In this document: positions 32,991 through 42,358 of the stretch, in pieces
How positions within the stretch are numbered: position 1 is the first letter of the stretch
Layout: every line of letters starts with the position of its first letter
Origin: an uncultured Nitrososphaerota archaeon
GTDB taxonomy: Archaea; Thermoproteota; Nitrososphaeria; Nitrososphaerales; Nitrosopumilaceae
Reading direction: 5' to 3'
DNA: 64,000 nucleotides
Assembly (NCBI GenBank): GCA_963701075.1
Contig: OY969559.1
Span: 1,472,001-1,536,000 of the forward strand
Translations under genes and position numbers: made by a program
Notes under the pieces: model-generated
Databases searched by the model: none
What the model saw: the letters and a program-made list of their open reading frames with translations, nothing else
Told to the model about the DNA's origin: nothing

Positions 32991-33155
32991 ATGGCAAATC
33001 AAACAATAAGTGAACTTGTCAAAATGGCGGACAAGATAGTAATTGACGAAGTGAAGGGAAAGAAGGTGACTTTGAAGATAAGCTGGTTTGATCTCAAGGG
33101 AACAAGAAAATCAAAAAAGTTTTTGTTGACTGAAAAGGAAAAGATCGAGTTTTAG
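32991..33155 (+). CDS. Small hypothetical protein (54 aa, not in ORF track)
   Basis: MANQTISELVKMADKIVIDEVKGKKVTLKISWFDLKGTRKSKKFLLTEKEKIEF*. Confidence 0.6.
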   Translation: MANQTISELVKMADKIVIDEVKGKKVTLKISWFDLKGTRKSKKFLLTEKEKIEF

Positions 33156-33418
33156 ATCTTGACCTAATCATCTTTTTTGTCACCCATAATCTATTTTTCC
33201 AAGTTTTTTGCTCTCAAACTAGCGAAACGCCCAATATACTTGATGATGCAGATTATGTAATGGGTTTTGTATTCTATAACAAAAGACAGAGTCTTTACAG
33301 AAAATCATTTGTTTTGTATTCCAATGATTATGAAACAATTGATGATGAGGAAGAAGACTAGAGAAGTACGTCTAAACATGCACCCATCAATAAACATCAT
33401 AAATAAGCAAGTCTTGGT

Positions 33419-33661
33419 TTGTTCATGAAGAAGCATGAGTTCAACAAATCTCTTCTTGACAAATTTACCCTAAATCAGTTACATGAGCTTTGCAAAATAT
33501 ACAAAAGAGAAATGAATCCAATAGATTACAGAGACAGGGTGATTCTGGGCGAATCAGATCCTGAAATAATAAAGAAGAGGTTCATTCCATACATAGTCGG
33601 TTTCTTTGATCAATCAGAGATCATGGAATTTGCCAGTAAATACAAGATAAAGATAGATTAA
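33419..33661 (+). CDS. Hypothetical protein, paralogous to 57218-57574
   Basis: Shared LL.KF...LC ... FI..I ... SEI..(F/Y)A.K.KI pattern. Confidence 0.7.
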   Translation: MFMKKHEFNKSLLDKFTLNQLHELCKIYKREMNPIDYRDRVILGESDPEIIKKRFIPYIVGFFDQSEIMEFASKYKIKID

Positions 33662-33677
33662 CTCAAAAATCAATGCC

Positions 33678-34337
33678 TCAAGGACCCGACAACGAATTAT
33701 TTTCAGTCAGGTTTGTTTCATTTGCAGATTCTGTGGCATTATTTCCGCTGGTAATGTCACCAGAATAAAGAAGCCCCACTGCAGACATGCGGGCTTGTAC
33801 AAGTGCCAATTGTTGTCTAACATTGTCATCTACGTAGCTTTGCTTTGACTGACAATCCCATTGACCTTTTCCAAAGATAAGATTTGAGAATGCTGCAAAG
33901 TCATAATTTTTCTCATATGAGTATGGAATCAAGCCCAAAACCTTTGTTTTGATGAGAAGTGTTGAATTAAAATCTGTATTAGACTCGTTGTTCAAGACCC
34001 AATCGATAAATGTCTTCATAGTACTGGAATCGGTAAAACCTAGTGTTCCTTGTAGTTGTTCTTCAGAAAGGGAGGGAACCATGTTTCCCGCAATATCAAG
34101 TGAGCCATAATCACCTGAAGTACCACGCATATCAGATTCTACACTCTCAATAATTACAGGCATAAATGATGGGTTACACACAGCCAAAGTAATATCCATC
34201 CCAGCCGTATTGACTTGCCCTATCCCACCTCCAGCAAACTCTAGACTTTTTGCCGAGTAAGATACGCCGATAAATAGTGCGGATAGTGCAATCGCCATTA
34301 CAACTGCAAGTGTTATTAGAGATCTTTTCAAGACCAC
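33678..34337 (-). CDS. Membrane-anchored/secreted hypothetical protein (LEA_2/WHy-like)
   Basis: N-terminal TM segment; CNPS (NPN-like) motif followed by a beta-rich region. Confidence 0.6.
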   Translation of the reverse strand: MVLKRSLITLAVVMAIALSALFIGVSYSAKSLEFAGGGIGQVNTAGMDITLAVCNPSFMPVIIESVESDMRGTSGDYGSLDIAGNMVPSLSEEQLQGTLGFTDSSTMKTFIDWVLNNESNTDFNSTLLIKTKVLGLIPYSYEKNYDFAAFSNLIFGKGQWDCQSKQSYVDDNVRQQLALVQARMSAVGLLYSGDITSGNNATESANETNLTENNSLSGP

Positions 34338-34482
34338 ACTAAATCATACAAATATCCATAAATTTCTTGATAAGAATAGATCTTTTGCAGGACCTCTTGT
34401 AAGCTGATCAATTCCAAAACGGTTACAAATAATGCTCCAGATCTCCGTTTTACTTATTAATCTACATACTATCCGGAACACA

Positions 34483-35073
34483 TTGAAGAACAAACAAAAA
34501 TTTAGCATATCTCTGTCTAATGAAGTGCTCAATAGGTTAAGGATTGACTCAAAAAGAGAGAGTATCTCCGTTAACAATTTGATAAATCATATACTAGAAA
34601 ATTATTCTAATTGGAGCCTTCACAATGCTGAATTCATTCCGATCAGAAAAGCATTGCTTTCGAAGTTACTTGAAAAGTTCACACATGAGGAGATTGACTC
34701 CATTGCAGCGAACATGGCACAAACCAGGAACAAGGATACAGTGCTACGATTTACAACTCAATTCGATGTACTAAATACATTGAAGACAGTAGACGAGTGG
34801 CTCCGGATGACAGGCTTTCCATATTCTTATGAAGTAGAAGGCTCTATACACAGATTCATCGTGCTGCATGATCTTGGAAGCAAGTGGTCACTTTACATGG
34901 CAAAGCTTTTAGTTGGTACTCTGAATCAGTTTGGTCTTATTCCAAAATACGAATACACTGACAAGATACTCTCAATTACAGTAGATCTTGGTCAAATCGA
35001 ATCTGAGAGAAAAAGAACTGCCAAGCAGATAGACATGCTAAATTCTGCAATTAAAGAAATAGAATCTAGATAA
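34483..35073 (+). CDS. Putative ribbon-helix-helix DNA-binding protein with C-terminal domain
   Basis: FSISLS..VL..L...SKRESISVNNLINHIL pattern, HDLGSKWS; probable TTG start at 34483. Confidence 0.65.
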   Translation: MKNKQKFSISLSNEVLNRLRIDSKRESISVNNLINHILENYSNWSLHNAEFIPIRKALLSKLLEKFTHEEIDSIAANMAQTRNKDTVLRFTTQFDVLNTLKTVDEWLRMTGFPYSYEVEGSIHRFIVLHDLGSKWSLYMAKLLVGTLNQFGLIPKYEYTDKILSITVDLGQIESERKRTAKQIDMLNSAIKEIESR

Positions 35074-35091
35074 AGGAATCTTTTTTGTTTT

Positions 35092-35439
35092 TTATGCACT
35101 GACTGGACATGGCAGAGACTCGGACAATTTTACAATCAATCTTTGCGCTATTTGGTTGTCTATTTTGCCATCACTTATTGTCGAGAGCGGCAAGAAAGTA
35201 GAGGCAAAGTCCAGGATGGATATGATTGTTTTTGCATCCTGCTCGTCTATCTGCAATCTAGTCTGTAGTGTTTTAGAATCAGTCTTTCGGAGTAGAAACT
35301 GCTTGAGTGTATCGTATGAATATTCTATGCCATGCTCCTCGGAAGAATGGGTCATGAACTTTCCAAGCATGTCTTTTTCCTCGCCTTCAACTTCATATCT
35401 GCACTCAAATCCATAATCGGCGCACGCAAACTTTGCCAT
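35092..35439 (-). CDS. DUF1059 domain protein
   Basis: C.DYGFEC ... H..EEHG motif. Confidence 0.75.
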   Translation of the reverse strand: MAKFACADYGFECRYEVEGEEKDMLGKFMTHSSEEHGIEYSYDTLKQFLLRKTDSKTLQTRLQIDEQDAKTIISILDFASTFLPLSTISDGKIDNQIAQRLIVKLSESLPCPVSA

Positions 35440-35637
35440 AGATTGCATGATACCATTTAATCTCTTAAGAAGTAGCTTGATCGAAAATCGCAAATCTTGA
35501 TGAAACAAGCTGAAATCATCACATGCAGGACGAATAATTGTTCTTGTCACAAGCGGGTTTGTGGCTGCCCTTTACAGAATGAAGAGAATCAAACAAGATA
35601 ACGCTGAAAAGTGGAGTCTACATCTCAAATAAGGGCT

Positions 35638-36624
35638 CTAGTTCTCTTGTACAAATACGTTCAATGACTCTTTGAGTCCCTTGTACCTGTTTCGTATCGT
35701 GACCTCGGTTACGCCTGCAGCCATGGCAATTACTTTCTGGGTAGTATTATCTCCATTTACAGTACATGACAGATATAGTGCGGCAGCTGCTAGCCCCATC
35801 GGGTCCTTTCCTGCGGAAAGTTCCATGTCGTTTGCGTCCTTTAAAATCTCAAGCGCTCTTCGCTTTACCTTCTCGCTTAATCCTGCTTGGCTTGCAATTC
35901 GTGACATGCATTTTATTGGATCAAGCACTGGCATTGTCATGTCAAGCTCTTCTAATAACAACCTGTAAGATCGTGATATGTCCTTTCTTTTTATATTAAT
36001 TTGACGCGCAATCTCGTTTAATGTCCTAGGAGTGCTAGATTCTCTGCATGCCATGTATAATGCCGCTGCAATAAGACCTGAGATTGACCTACCTTTTGTG
36101 AGTCCCCTTTCCAATCCCTTTCTGTAAATGTATGCTGTCTTTTCAATTACGGCGTCAGAGAGGGCAAGCTTGTCCCTCAGCCTGTTGAGTTCACTAAAAG
36201 CCTGTCTCAAGTTCTTGTCTGCTGACTCGCTAGCCTTGCTTCTGTTATCCCATGTTCTGAGACGATCCATAGTATGTTTCATTGAGGAAGAAAGCGGTTT
36301 TCCCATTGCATCTGTTCTACCATGCCCGATCATAGTTGCAAGTCCCATATCATGCACTGCAAGTGATGTTGGCATTCCTGTTCTTGCCCTGTCATCATAT
36401 TCTTCCTTTGTAAACGCGCGTGTTTCAGAACCCAAGTCTACAATACGATCTTGGATAACAAAACCGCAACCACTGCAAAATTTTTCTCCAGTAGAACTGT
36501 CTGTTACGAGTGAATCTTTTCCACATCGCATACAACTACCAGCATTATAATTATGTAAGACCATACAATTTGTCACCTGCATTGCATGACCTATCAATAA
36601 GAACTCTCGTATTTTGCGATGCAT
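35638..36624 (-). CDS. tfb: Transcription initiation factor IIB paralogue
   Basis: Zn ribbon CMRC...CSGCG, HDMGL, two cyclin repeats and GVTEVTIRNRY. The true start is probably somewhat downstream of 36624. Confidence 0.95.
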   Translation of the reverse strand: MHRKIREFLLIGHAMQVTNCMVLHNYNAGSCMRCGKDSLVTDSSTGEKFCSGCGFVIQDRIVDLGSETRAFTKEEYDDRARTGMPTSLAVHDMGLATMIGHGRTDAMGKPLSSSMKHTMDRLRTWDNRSKASESADKNLRQAFSELNRLRDKLALSDAVIEKTAYIYRKGLERGLTKGRSISGLIAAALYMACRESSTPRTLNEIARQINIKRKDISRSYRLLLEELDMTMPVLDPIKCMSRIASQAGLSEKVKRRALEILKDANDMELSAGKDPMGLAAAALYLSCTVNGDNTTQKVIAMAAGVTEVTIRNRYKGLKESLNVFVQEN

Positions 36625-36743
36625 GGTTCAGGTTCTGTTGCGTTTTTTGTTGCTGATGTTCAGAAATCACAGAATTGATCAATCAACAAGGTAACAATGA
36701 CACAATTCAACATGCTTAATAGCGATGCAAGTTCTCAAATAAC

Positions 36744-36806
36744 ATGGCAAAAGCCAAATCAAAAGCAAAGTCGAAATCAAAAACCGCAAAGAAAACAAAA
36801 AGATAA
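36744..36806 (+). CDS. Putative 20-aa Lys-rich basic micropeptide
   Basis: MAKAKSKAKSKSKTAKKTKR*; TATA-like cttaata about 23 nt before the ATG. Confidence 0.45.
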   Translation: MAKAKSKAKSKSKTAKKTKR

Positions 36807-36917
36807 AAAATAGTGACCTGAAATGGTCAATCTCATTTTTTCCATAAAAAAATTCTGAAAATATAATAGTCAACGTCACATGGTCACATTTATTATTCAG
36901 CAATGGTGTTACTATCG

Positions 36918-37061
36918 ATGTCTGCAAAACTGCTTGTCATCGGTATTATCATAGCTGTTATCGTAGCTATCATATTTTACTTTAGAACAAAAAAGATAAG
37001 AGATGGTCTACGGTCAGACCTGCCCAAACATGCAGATAGACCAGATACAACTGAGCTATAA
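36918..37061 (+). CDS. Small single-TM protein (47 aa, not in ORF track)
   Basis: MSAKLLVIGIIIAVIVAIIFYFRTKKIRD...TEL*. Confidence 0.55.
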   Translation: MSAKLLVIGIIIAVIVAIIFYFRTKKIRDGLRSDLPKHADRPDTTEL

Positions 37062-37775
37062 TCAACTCACGTTGGTTTTACAAAAGCATCCTTATTGATT
37101 CGTAAGAATGCAGCCATATTGAGAAGAAAATCACGTATTTGTCATGAATTTATCGAATTATTCTTGCGAATTCCATTAGGTTTACATCTACATTTTGCTT
37201 ATTTTTTATTTGCACTAGTTTTTTCCAAATAAACTAGAGTTACGTTATCATTAATTTTTTTCAGTTTTAAATATTTTATATCCAATCTTTTGATAGAGAT
37301 GCATATTTGTCTCACTTTTATTGCCAGTGAATAGTTCAAATCTTTTACATGACTTGAACAAACTTTCTATTTCATTCATTAATTTTTTTCAATACCGTGA
37401 CGTTGCGAGTCAAGATGAACCATGAGTCTCCCCAATATGACGGGCCTCTTTCTGTGCAAATGCCCTAACAGAGTCTCTATTATTTTTTCATCAGATTGAG
37501 ATTTAAGAAATACTTTCCAAATTCATCTTCTTATATATTTTGTAAAGTTTGAATCATTAGATAAGTTGAAGTTATCATAAAGCTTGACTTTACTTTGGTA
37601 TACTAATTTTTGAAGCAAAAGTATTTCTTCGGCATTAGAGACTGTTGTTTTTCTATTATCGTCATTTGATTATTGATTCAACCCCTTCAAATCTTAAAGT
37701 TTTACAACAGCTATGCGTTCCAATACATAGCATCTATAGCGTATCCTTTAACTAGACATTACATATAGTGAAATT

Positions 37776-38117
37776 ATGGGCCAAAAAGTATCAGGAATTG
37801 AAAAACTTCTTGCACCATCACTAAACAGAATAGAGGAAGAATTGAAAGTAATTCATGATGAAATGAATACAGTAAAGGCAAAGATAGATGAGACTAGCAA
37901 TAGGATTACAAAGATTGAAGATGACAATAGACGCCTTGCAAATAGAATAGATAAGATAGGCAGCGGTCTGCCAACCGAGGTGCAGGTCTCAATTGACAAC
38001 ATAAACGACATGGAACGACATGATAGAGATGAAATCGATGTTCTAAAACGTGGCATTGATGTTGCCCAAAGAAGGTTAGCCATCTTAGAGGCCAAAATGA
38101 AAGAACTAGGCAAATAA
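37776..38117 (+). CDS. Coiled-coil hypothetical protein
   Basis: Heptad-rich 113-aa ORF. Confidence 0.7.
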   Translation: MGQKVSGIEKLLAPSLNRIEEELKVIHDEMNTVKAKIDETSNRITKIEDDNRRLANRIDKIGSGLPTEVQVSIDNINDMERHDRDEIDVLKRGIDVAQRRLAILEAKMKELGK

Positions 38118-38206
38118 ATTACATTCCAAGATAGGTTCCATGTTTGAAAGAATTGCTTTGTCATTTTAGATAATTTGACGATCCTGTGACCTAGAGAGAT
38201 TTTATG

Positions 38207-38452
38207 TTATGATCTCTTTTTCCTTTTAGGACCATTCAATGAGGATTTCTTGTCAGGGTCATTTAGTGATGATTTCTTTTTGTCTAGATGCTTGATTCCA
38301 AAGCCTGCGAAAAAAACTAGCCAGCCGATAATAGTCACATACCCTATGACATTTTTAATCGAGTCCGATACATTATGCGAAACCGTAGAAAATATCCAGT
38401 TTAGGATGATCATAGAAATTCCTAAGATCATGATGATTGTGCCACGTTGCAT
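38207..38452 (-). CDS. Small 2-TM protein (cargo of possible cassette 4)
   Basis: Two TM segments and a duplicated DKKSSLN tail; upstream region resembles the cassette promoter motif. Confidence 0.65.
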   Translation of the reverse strand: MQRGTIIMILGISMIILNWIFSTVSHNVSDSIKNVIGYVTIIGWLVFFAGFGIKHLDKKKSSLNDPDKKSSLNGPKRKKRS

Positions 38453-38651
38453 ACAATCATAACTTTCGTACTGATCTTAAAGATTCCCCTCCAAACGAAT
38501 CATGATCGAGAATGCCTAGACAACGCCAGTTTTCACATGTAAAAGTCAGATGTACTATTTGTTTGCTATAAAAAGGAGGAACTTGATTTGATGCAAAGGC
38601 GTGACTAGTTGAAACTAAATATTTAAATCAAATTCCGTTTCATATGATGCA

Positions 38652-38909
38652 ATGTCCACAAAAACAATCGCACTAATATGTGCCGCTTTTGCAGGTGGCG
38701 TGATCGCAATAGGAATTGCGATGTCAGCAGGATCTGGATGGGAACCAGCAGGTCAGTATACCGGAATAAGCAATGCCGCGCATACGGTCAATAATTCATC
38801 GAGCTGCTATGCGTTTCAGACAGGATGCAATAGTACAAGCTATGGTTCAACAACTACCAGTTCAGACTATAGTGGCGCAGCTTTAAGCGGCTCCTATGGC
38901 GGACCATAG
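38652..38909 (+). CDS. Small secreted Ser/Gly/Thr-rich protein
   Basis: Signal/TM N-terminus; low-complexity C-terminus with two Cys. Confidence 0.65.
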   Translation: MSTKTIALICAAFAGGVIAIGIAMSAGSGWEPAGQYTGISNAAHTVNNSSSCYAFQTGCNSTSYGSTTTSSDYSGAALSGSYGGP

Positions 38910-39089
38910 ATTTAAAATCTATTATTTTTTTCATTTCATAAAGAAGTACAGCATTAATTTTTTCATCATGTAGGTTTGGGAATTATGAGAGAAAAGACTC
39001 TCTTTTGGCAAGAATATGTTTTTGGCTTTTGAAATTAAAATCAGTTAATGGCAAATCTTAAGTCATTACAGAATAATGTGATAAAAGAA

Positions 39090-39227
39090 ATGAGCGAGGA
39101 ACAATGTCTAGAATGTTTGTCCAAAAACACCTGCGAATACATGAACCCAATTGAGAAGAGCGACGGAATGCACTATTATTTTTTATGTGAAGATTGTAAA
39201 CATGAGTGGGAAATAATAAGAAAATAA
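39090..39227 (+). CDS. Small Zn-ribbon protein (45 aa, not in ORF track)
   Basis: MSEEQCLECLSKNT...YFLCEDCKHEW; two CxxC pairs. Confidence 0.65.
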   Translation: MSEEQCLECLSKNTCEYMNPIEKSDGMHYYFLCEDCKHEWEIIRK

Positions 39228-39394
39228 TGAAATTAGAATCCTAAAGCTTTACGACAATAAGAAATCATTCCATATTGTCAAACCGTTTGGTGAAAAGAAT
39301 AGAAAAATTAAACTTTAATTTCTACTGCAAAACCAAATCTGAGAATCAATCAAATTGTTATATACTAAGATTGTATGATATTATCCGAAAACAT

Positions 39395-39766
39395 ATGGAA
39401 GATACACATGAATCGTGCAAAATGGAAGGCGGTGCAGGATGTGGCTGTGGATCAATGTCGTCTCACGAACACTGCGGGTGTGATCAGATGGCATCTCATG
39501 GACACCATGGTTGTGGCGATGGTCATCATTCACATTCTGTGACAAGGATGTACAAGCGTGCATACATGGATGCGTTATATCAAGCCCAAGTAGAACGCCT
39601 AAGAAAAAGAATCGATGCCAAATTCGGGTCAACGCTTGACAAAATGGCTGATGCGGTAGCAGAGTCGTTCGGGAAGATGTGGGAGTCCAAGATGGCAAAA
39701 ATGGAGGCAAGACAGGAGCTGGAAGCCAAACTTAGGAAGATTCTTTCTGAAACAACTAAAACCTAA
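39395..39766 (+). CDS. His/Cys-rich N-terminus plus helical domain; putative metal-binding protein
   Basis: MEDTHESCKM..GCGCG...HEHCGC...HGHHGCGDGHHSH; likely start at 39395. Confidence 0.7.
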   Translation: MEDTHESCKMEGGAGCGCGSMSSHEHCGCDQMASHGHHGCGDGHHSHSVTRMYKRAYMDALYQAQVERLRKRIDAKFGSTLDKMADAVAESFGKMWESKMAKMEARQELEAKLRKILSETTKT

Positions 39767-39956
39767 AATATTTTTTCCTCGGTCTTTTTTTTAAATAATC
39801 CATCTAGAGAAACCGATTCTAGAGAATGAAGTTTAGACGGATAGAATAGAAGGTAATGATCCTAAAGTTATGAATGGATTAGCCAATTTTTATGAATTAG
39901 CATTGAGAAAGGAAAAATTTGATCATCTTTAAAAATACTGGGAGTAAGTAGTCATA

Positions 39957-40943
39957 TTGAAAAAAACTGCATATCTTCTGATAGCATTAATTTTTGTATC
40001 AAGTATGACAATAAGTTCGTCAACTAACGCGGTTGCACAACAAACACCTACAAATAATTTTAACACAATTAATTATCCTAGCGCCACTAATACATTTGCT
40101 CTTGGAATAAACAATGCTGGTCAGATAGTTGGGTATTATTATAACAGTCAAGAGAACTACCACGGCTTTCTACTCTCATCTGGTAACTATACCTCAATTA
40201 ATTACCCCGGTGCCAGTAGTACGACTGTTCTTGGAATTAACAATGCTGGTCAGATAGTTGGATATTATTATGATAATTCAGGGCACCTCCATGGCTTTCT
40301 ACTATCGTCTGGCAACTATACCTCAATTGATTACCCAGGTGAAAATAGTACATCGGCTTTTGGAATTAACAATGCGGGTCAGATAGTTGGAAATTATATT
40401 GATAGTTCAGAACATTTCCATGGCTTTCTACTCGCGTCTGGCAACTATACCTCAATTGATTACCCCGGTGAAAATAGTACCGCTCCTTATGGAATTAACA
40501 ATGCGGGTCAGATAGTTGGAAATTATATTGATAGTGTGGGACACTACCACGGCTTTCTACTCGCGTCTGGCAACTATACCCCAATTGATTATCCCGGTGA
40601 AAATAGTACCGCTCCTTATGGAATTAACAATGCTGGTCAGATAGTTGGATATTATTATAACAATCTAGAGAATAACCACGGCTTTCTACTCTTGTCTGGC
40701 AACTATACCTCAATTGATTACCCAGGTGCGAATAGTACAGCTGCTTTTGGAATTAATAATGCCGGTCAGATAGTTGGAAGTTATTACGATGATTCAGGAC
40801 ACTACCACGGCTTTCTACTCTCGTCTGGTGAGACTATACAAACTACTCCTGAATTTGGCCCTGTTGCCCCAATCATACTTGGCATTTCAATTCTGTCAAT
40901 AATTATTTTATCGGTCAGAACTAGATTCTTACACAGATCCTAG
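39957..40943 (+). CDS. Secreted HAF-like repeat beta-propeller protein with PEFG-CTERM anchor
   Basis: Signal peptide, six 43-aa repeats (GINNAGQIVG...HGFL), then PEFG, a TM segment and a basic tail. Confidence 0.88.
   Translation: MKKTAYLLIALIFVSSMTISSSTNAVAQQTPTNNFNTINYPSATNTFALGINNAGQIVGYYYNSQENYHGFLLSSGNYTSINYPGASSTTVLGINNAGQIVGYYYDNSGHLHGFLLSSGNYTSIDYPGENSTSAFGINNAGQIVGNYIDSSEHFHGFLLASGNYTSIDYPGENSTAPYGINNAGQIVGNYIDSVGHYHGFLLASGNYTPIDYPGENSTAPYGINNAGQIVGYYYNNLENNHGFLLLSGNYTSIDYPGANSTAAFGINNAGQIVGSYYDDSGHYHGFLLSSGETIQTTPEFGPVAPIILGISILSIIILSVRTRFLHRS
40059..40829 (+). repeat. Intragenic tandem repeat, 6 x ~129 bp
   Basis: Six copies of ggaat(t/a)aa(c/t)aatgcNggtcagatagttgg spaced about 129 nt apart. 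Confidence 0.92.
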
Positions 40944-41117
40944 AGGTTCTCCAAACAAATCATATTTCCCGTTACGATGTGAATCACTGAAAACGGAATC
41001 AGGCACACAGGAGCCTGTGTTAGTAGAAGCAAGTTGAATTGCCCTAGGATGAAAAATACGAGAGATTGATCCTAGATTTAGCCCCATCTTAAAATACAAT
41101 TACTGCGTAATTATACT

Positions 41118-41471
41118 ATGCAAGGCTCAAGTGCACTAGATAATTACGATTTAAAAAGAGCACATCAAGCTCTAAAAATGCTGCTTATTGATAGAAGTAA
41201 TGAATTTCGCCTTTTTGCTCGAGGAATTGGGTATCCGACTAACACAAAAGACTGGGAATTAATAGTCCTGAATTTTTGTCTTGATTATATAGAATGTTTC
41301 CATACGTGGACTGCCGATGATCCGCCAGACCATCACCATATCCACAAGTGCATGACACAGATGAGACAGATGGCTAGAGGAAAATCAACCATGACTGAAG
41401 TCACACATCTTCAGAATACCGCATATCTAATTGCAGAGGATTTTAAAGCAATTTACAAGAGAATAGAATAG
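41118..41471 (+). CDS. Hypothetical protein
   Basis: 117-aa ORF with a TATA-like element about 25 nt upstream. Confidence 0.7.
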   Translation: MQGSSALDNYDLKRAHQALKMLLIDRSNEFRLFARGIGYPTNTKDWELIVLNFCLDYIECFHTWTADDPPDHHHIHKCMTQMRQMARGKSTMTEVTHLQNTAYLIAEDFKAIYKRIE

Positions 41472-41473
41472 TA

Positions 41474-41525
41474 GAACCCTTTTAGAAATTCAACGTTGTA
41501 ATGATATGTTTTCTTTTTAGAGCAA
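41474..41525 (-). pseudogene. cas1: cas1/casposase 5' remnant (cassette 3), frameshifted
   Basis: Minus strand ttg-ctctaaaaagaaaacat-atcattacaacgttgaatttctaaaagggttc aligns to the other two remnants (...HYNVEFLKG). Confidence 0.6.
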
Positions 41526-41538
41526 GATTTACTCTTTT

Positions 41539-41721
41539 TTATCTAGTGAGATAGAAACAATTCCATTTCATATGAGGAATAGATTGCATACTAGGCTGCG
41601 CACAATGTAGGATGTAATGCGCTGGCATATGGGGCGTTACAAGTAAATGTACTGTAGCAATTGTGATTCCAATTCCAACTAGTACTGAAATTATTGTTAT
41701 TGCAATAACTGATTTATTCAT
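41539..41721 (-). CDS. Small single-TM protein (cargo of cassette 3)
   Basis: N-terminal TM; lies between the shared promoter motif and the cas1 remnant. Confidence 0.6.
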   Translation of the reverse strand: MNKSVIAITIISVLVGIGITIATVHLLVTPHMPAHYILHCAQPSMQSIPHMKWNCFYLTR

Positions 41722-41808
41722 AATATAATTACGTCAGTATTGATCTTAAACTATCTTTAAATCATAACGTGTCTATTACGTGAGTTGAGAACTTTTGTTC
41801 GTAAAGTT

Positions 41809-41867
41809 GGGGTTTTTATTTTTGCTTGCTGTCTACAAAAAGACAGCCCCATCAGGCCTAGAAATTT
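41809..41867. repeat. Cassette junction: GGGG-N34-CCCC with degenerate copy of the aEF-2 3' end (TIR-TSD-TIR-like)
   Basis: ggggttt-ttatttttgcttgctgtctacaaa resembles ggggtttactatttttactctttatctacaaa at 44625-44656; then ccccatcaggcctagaaatt resembles the reverse complement of 44606-44628. Confidence 0.7.
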
Positions 41868-41893
41868 CCGTATGACTTGCAGTCACGTTGTGG

Positions 41894-42124
41894 TTAATCT
41901 CCTTTTTTTCCTCTGAGCAGTTCTGACATGTCACCTAAAAGGTAAATGAATCCTATTGCAAACATTGTACCTGAAATCATCAGTAATGCAAAACCTAGAA
42001 AATCAACTTGAGAGTAATTTTCAATATTGGCGCCATTTAGATAGTTCCATGATTCGTAAAGCCCAACTATTGATACCGTGGTCAGAATAATTTCAAACAG
42101 CATTGTTTTTCCTGTCATGGTCAA
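41894..42124 (-). CDS. Small 2-TM hypothetical protein
   Basis: Two hydrophobic segments. Confidence 0.6.
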   Translation of the reverse strand: MTMTGKTMLFEIILTTVSIVGLYESWNYLNGANIENYSQVDFLGFALLMISGTMFAIGFIYLLGDMSELLRGKKGD

Positions 42125-42167
42125 AATATTCCTCTTTCTTTTTCTTCCAAGTCCATAATCTGTTCTT

Positions 42168-42350
42168 CTACTGACTTATATTGACATTCTCGTATGACAT
42201 ATTTTTGCCATACCATTCTTCGATCTCAGGTTCTTTGAATGAGTCGGTGGTATTTTTGAGAACAATGTTTGAATCTTTTACGTTTATTGAAAAACCGTAG
42301 CCCTTTAGGAATTTTATATTGTAATAATTTCGTTTTTCTATCTGTGTCAT
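42168..42350 (-). pseudogene. cas1: cas1/casposase 5' fragment (cassette 2)
   Basis: MTQIEKRNYYNIKFLKGYGFSINVKDSNIVLKN...EPEIEEW..NMSYE matches the N-terminus I recall for thaumarchaeal stand-alone Cas1; truncated at 60 aa. Confidence 0.75.
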
Positions 42351-42358
42351 AAATAAAA

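Noticed and set aside
40059-40829. Regularly spaced repeats that could be taken for a CRISPR array or a DGR template
   Set aside because: The period is 129 bp, in frame within a protein, with no unique spacers and no reverse transcriptase nearby.
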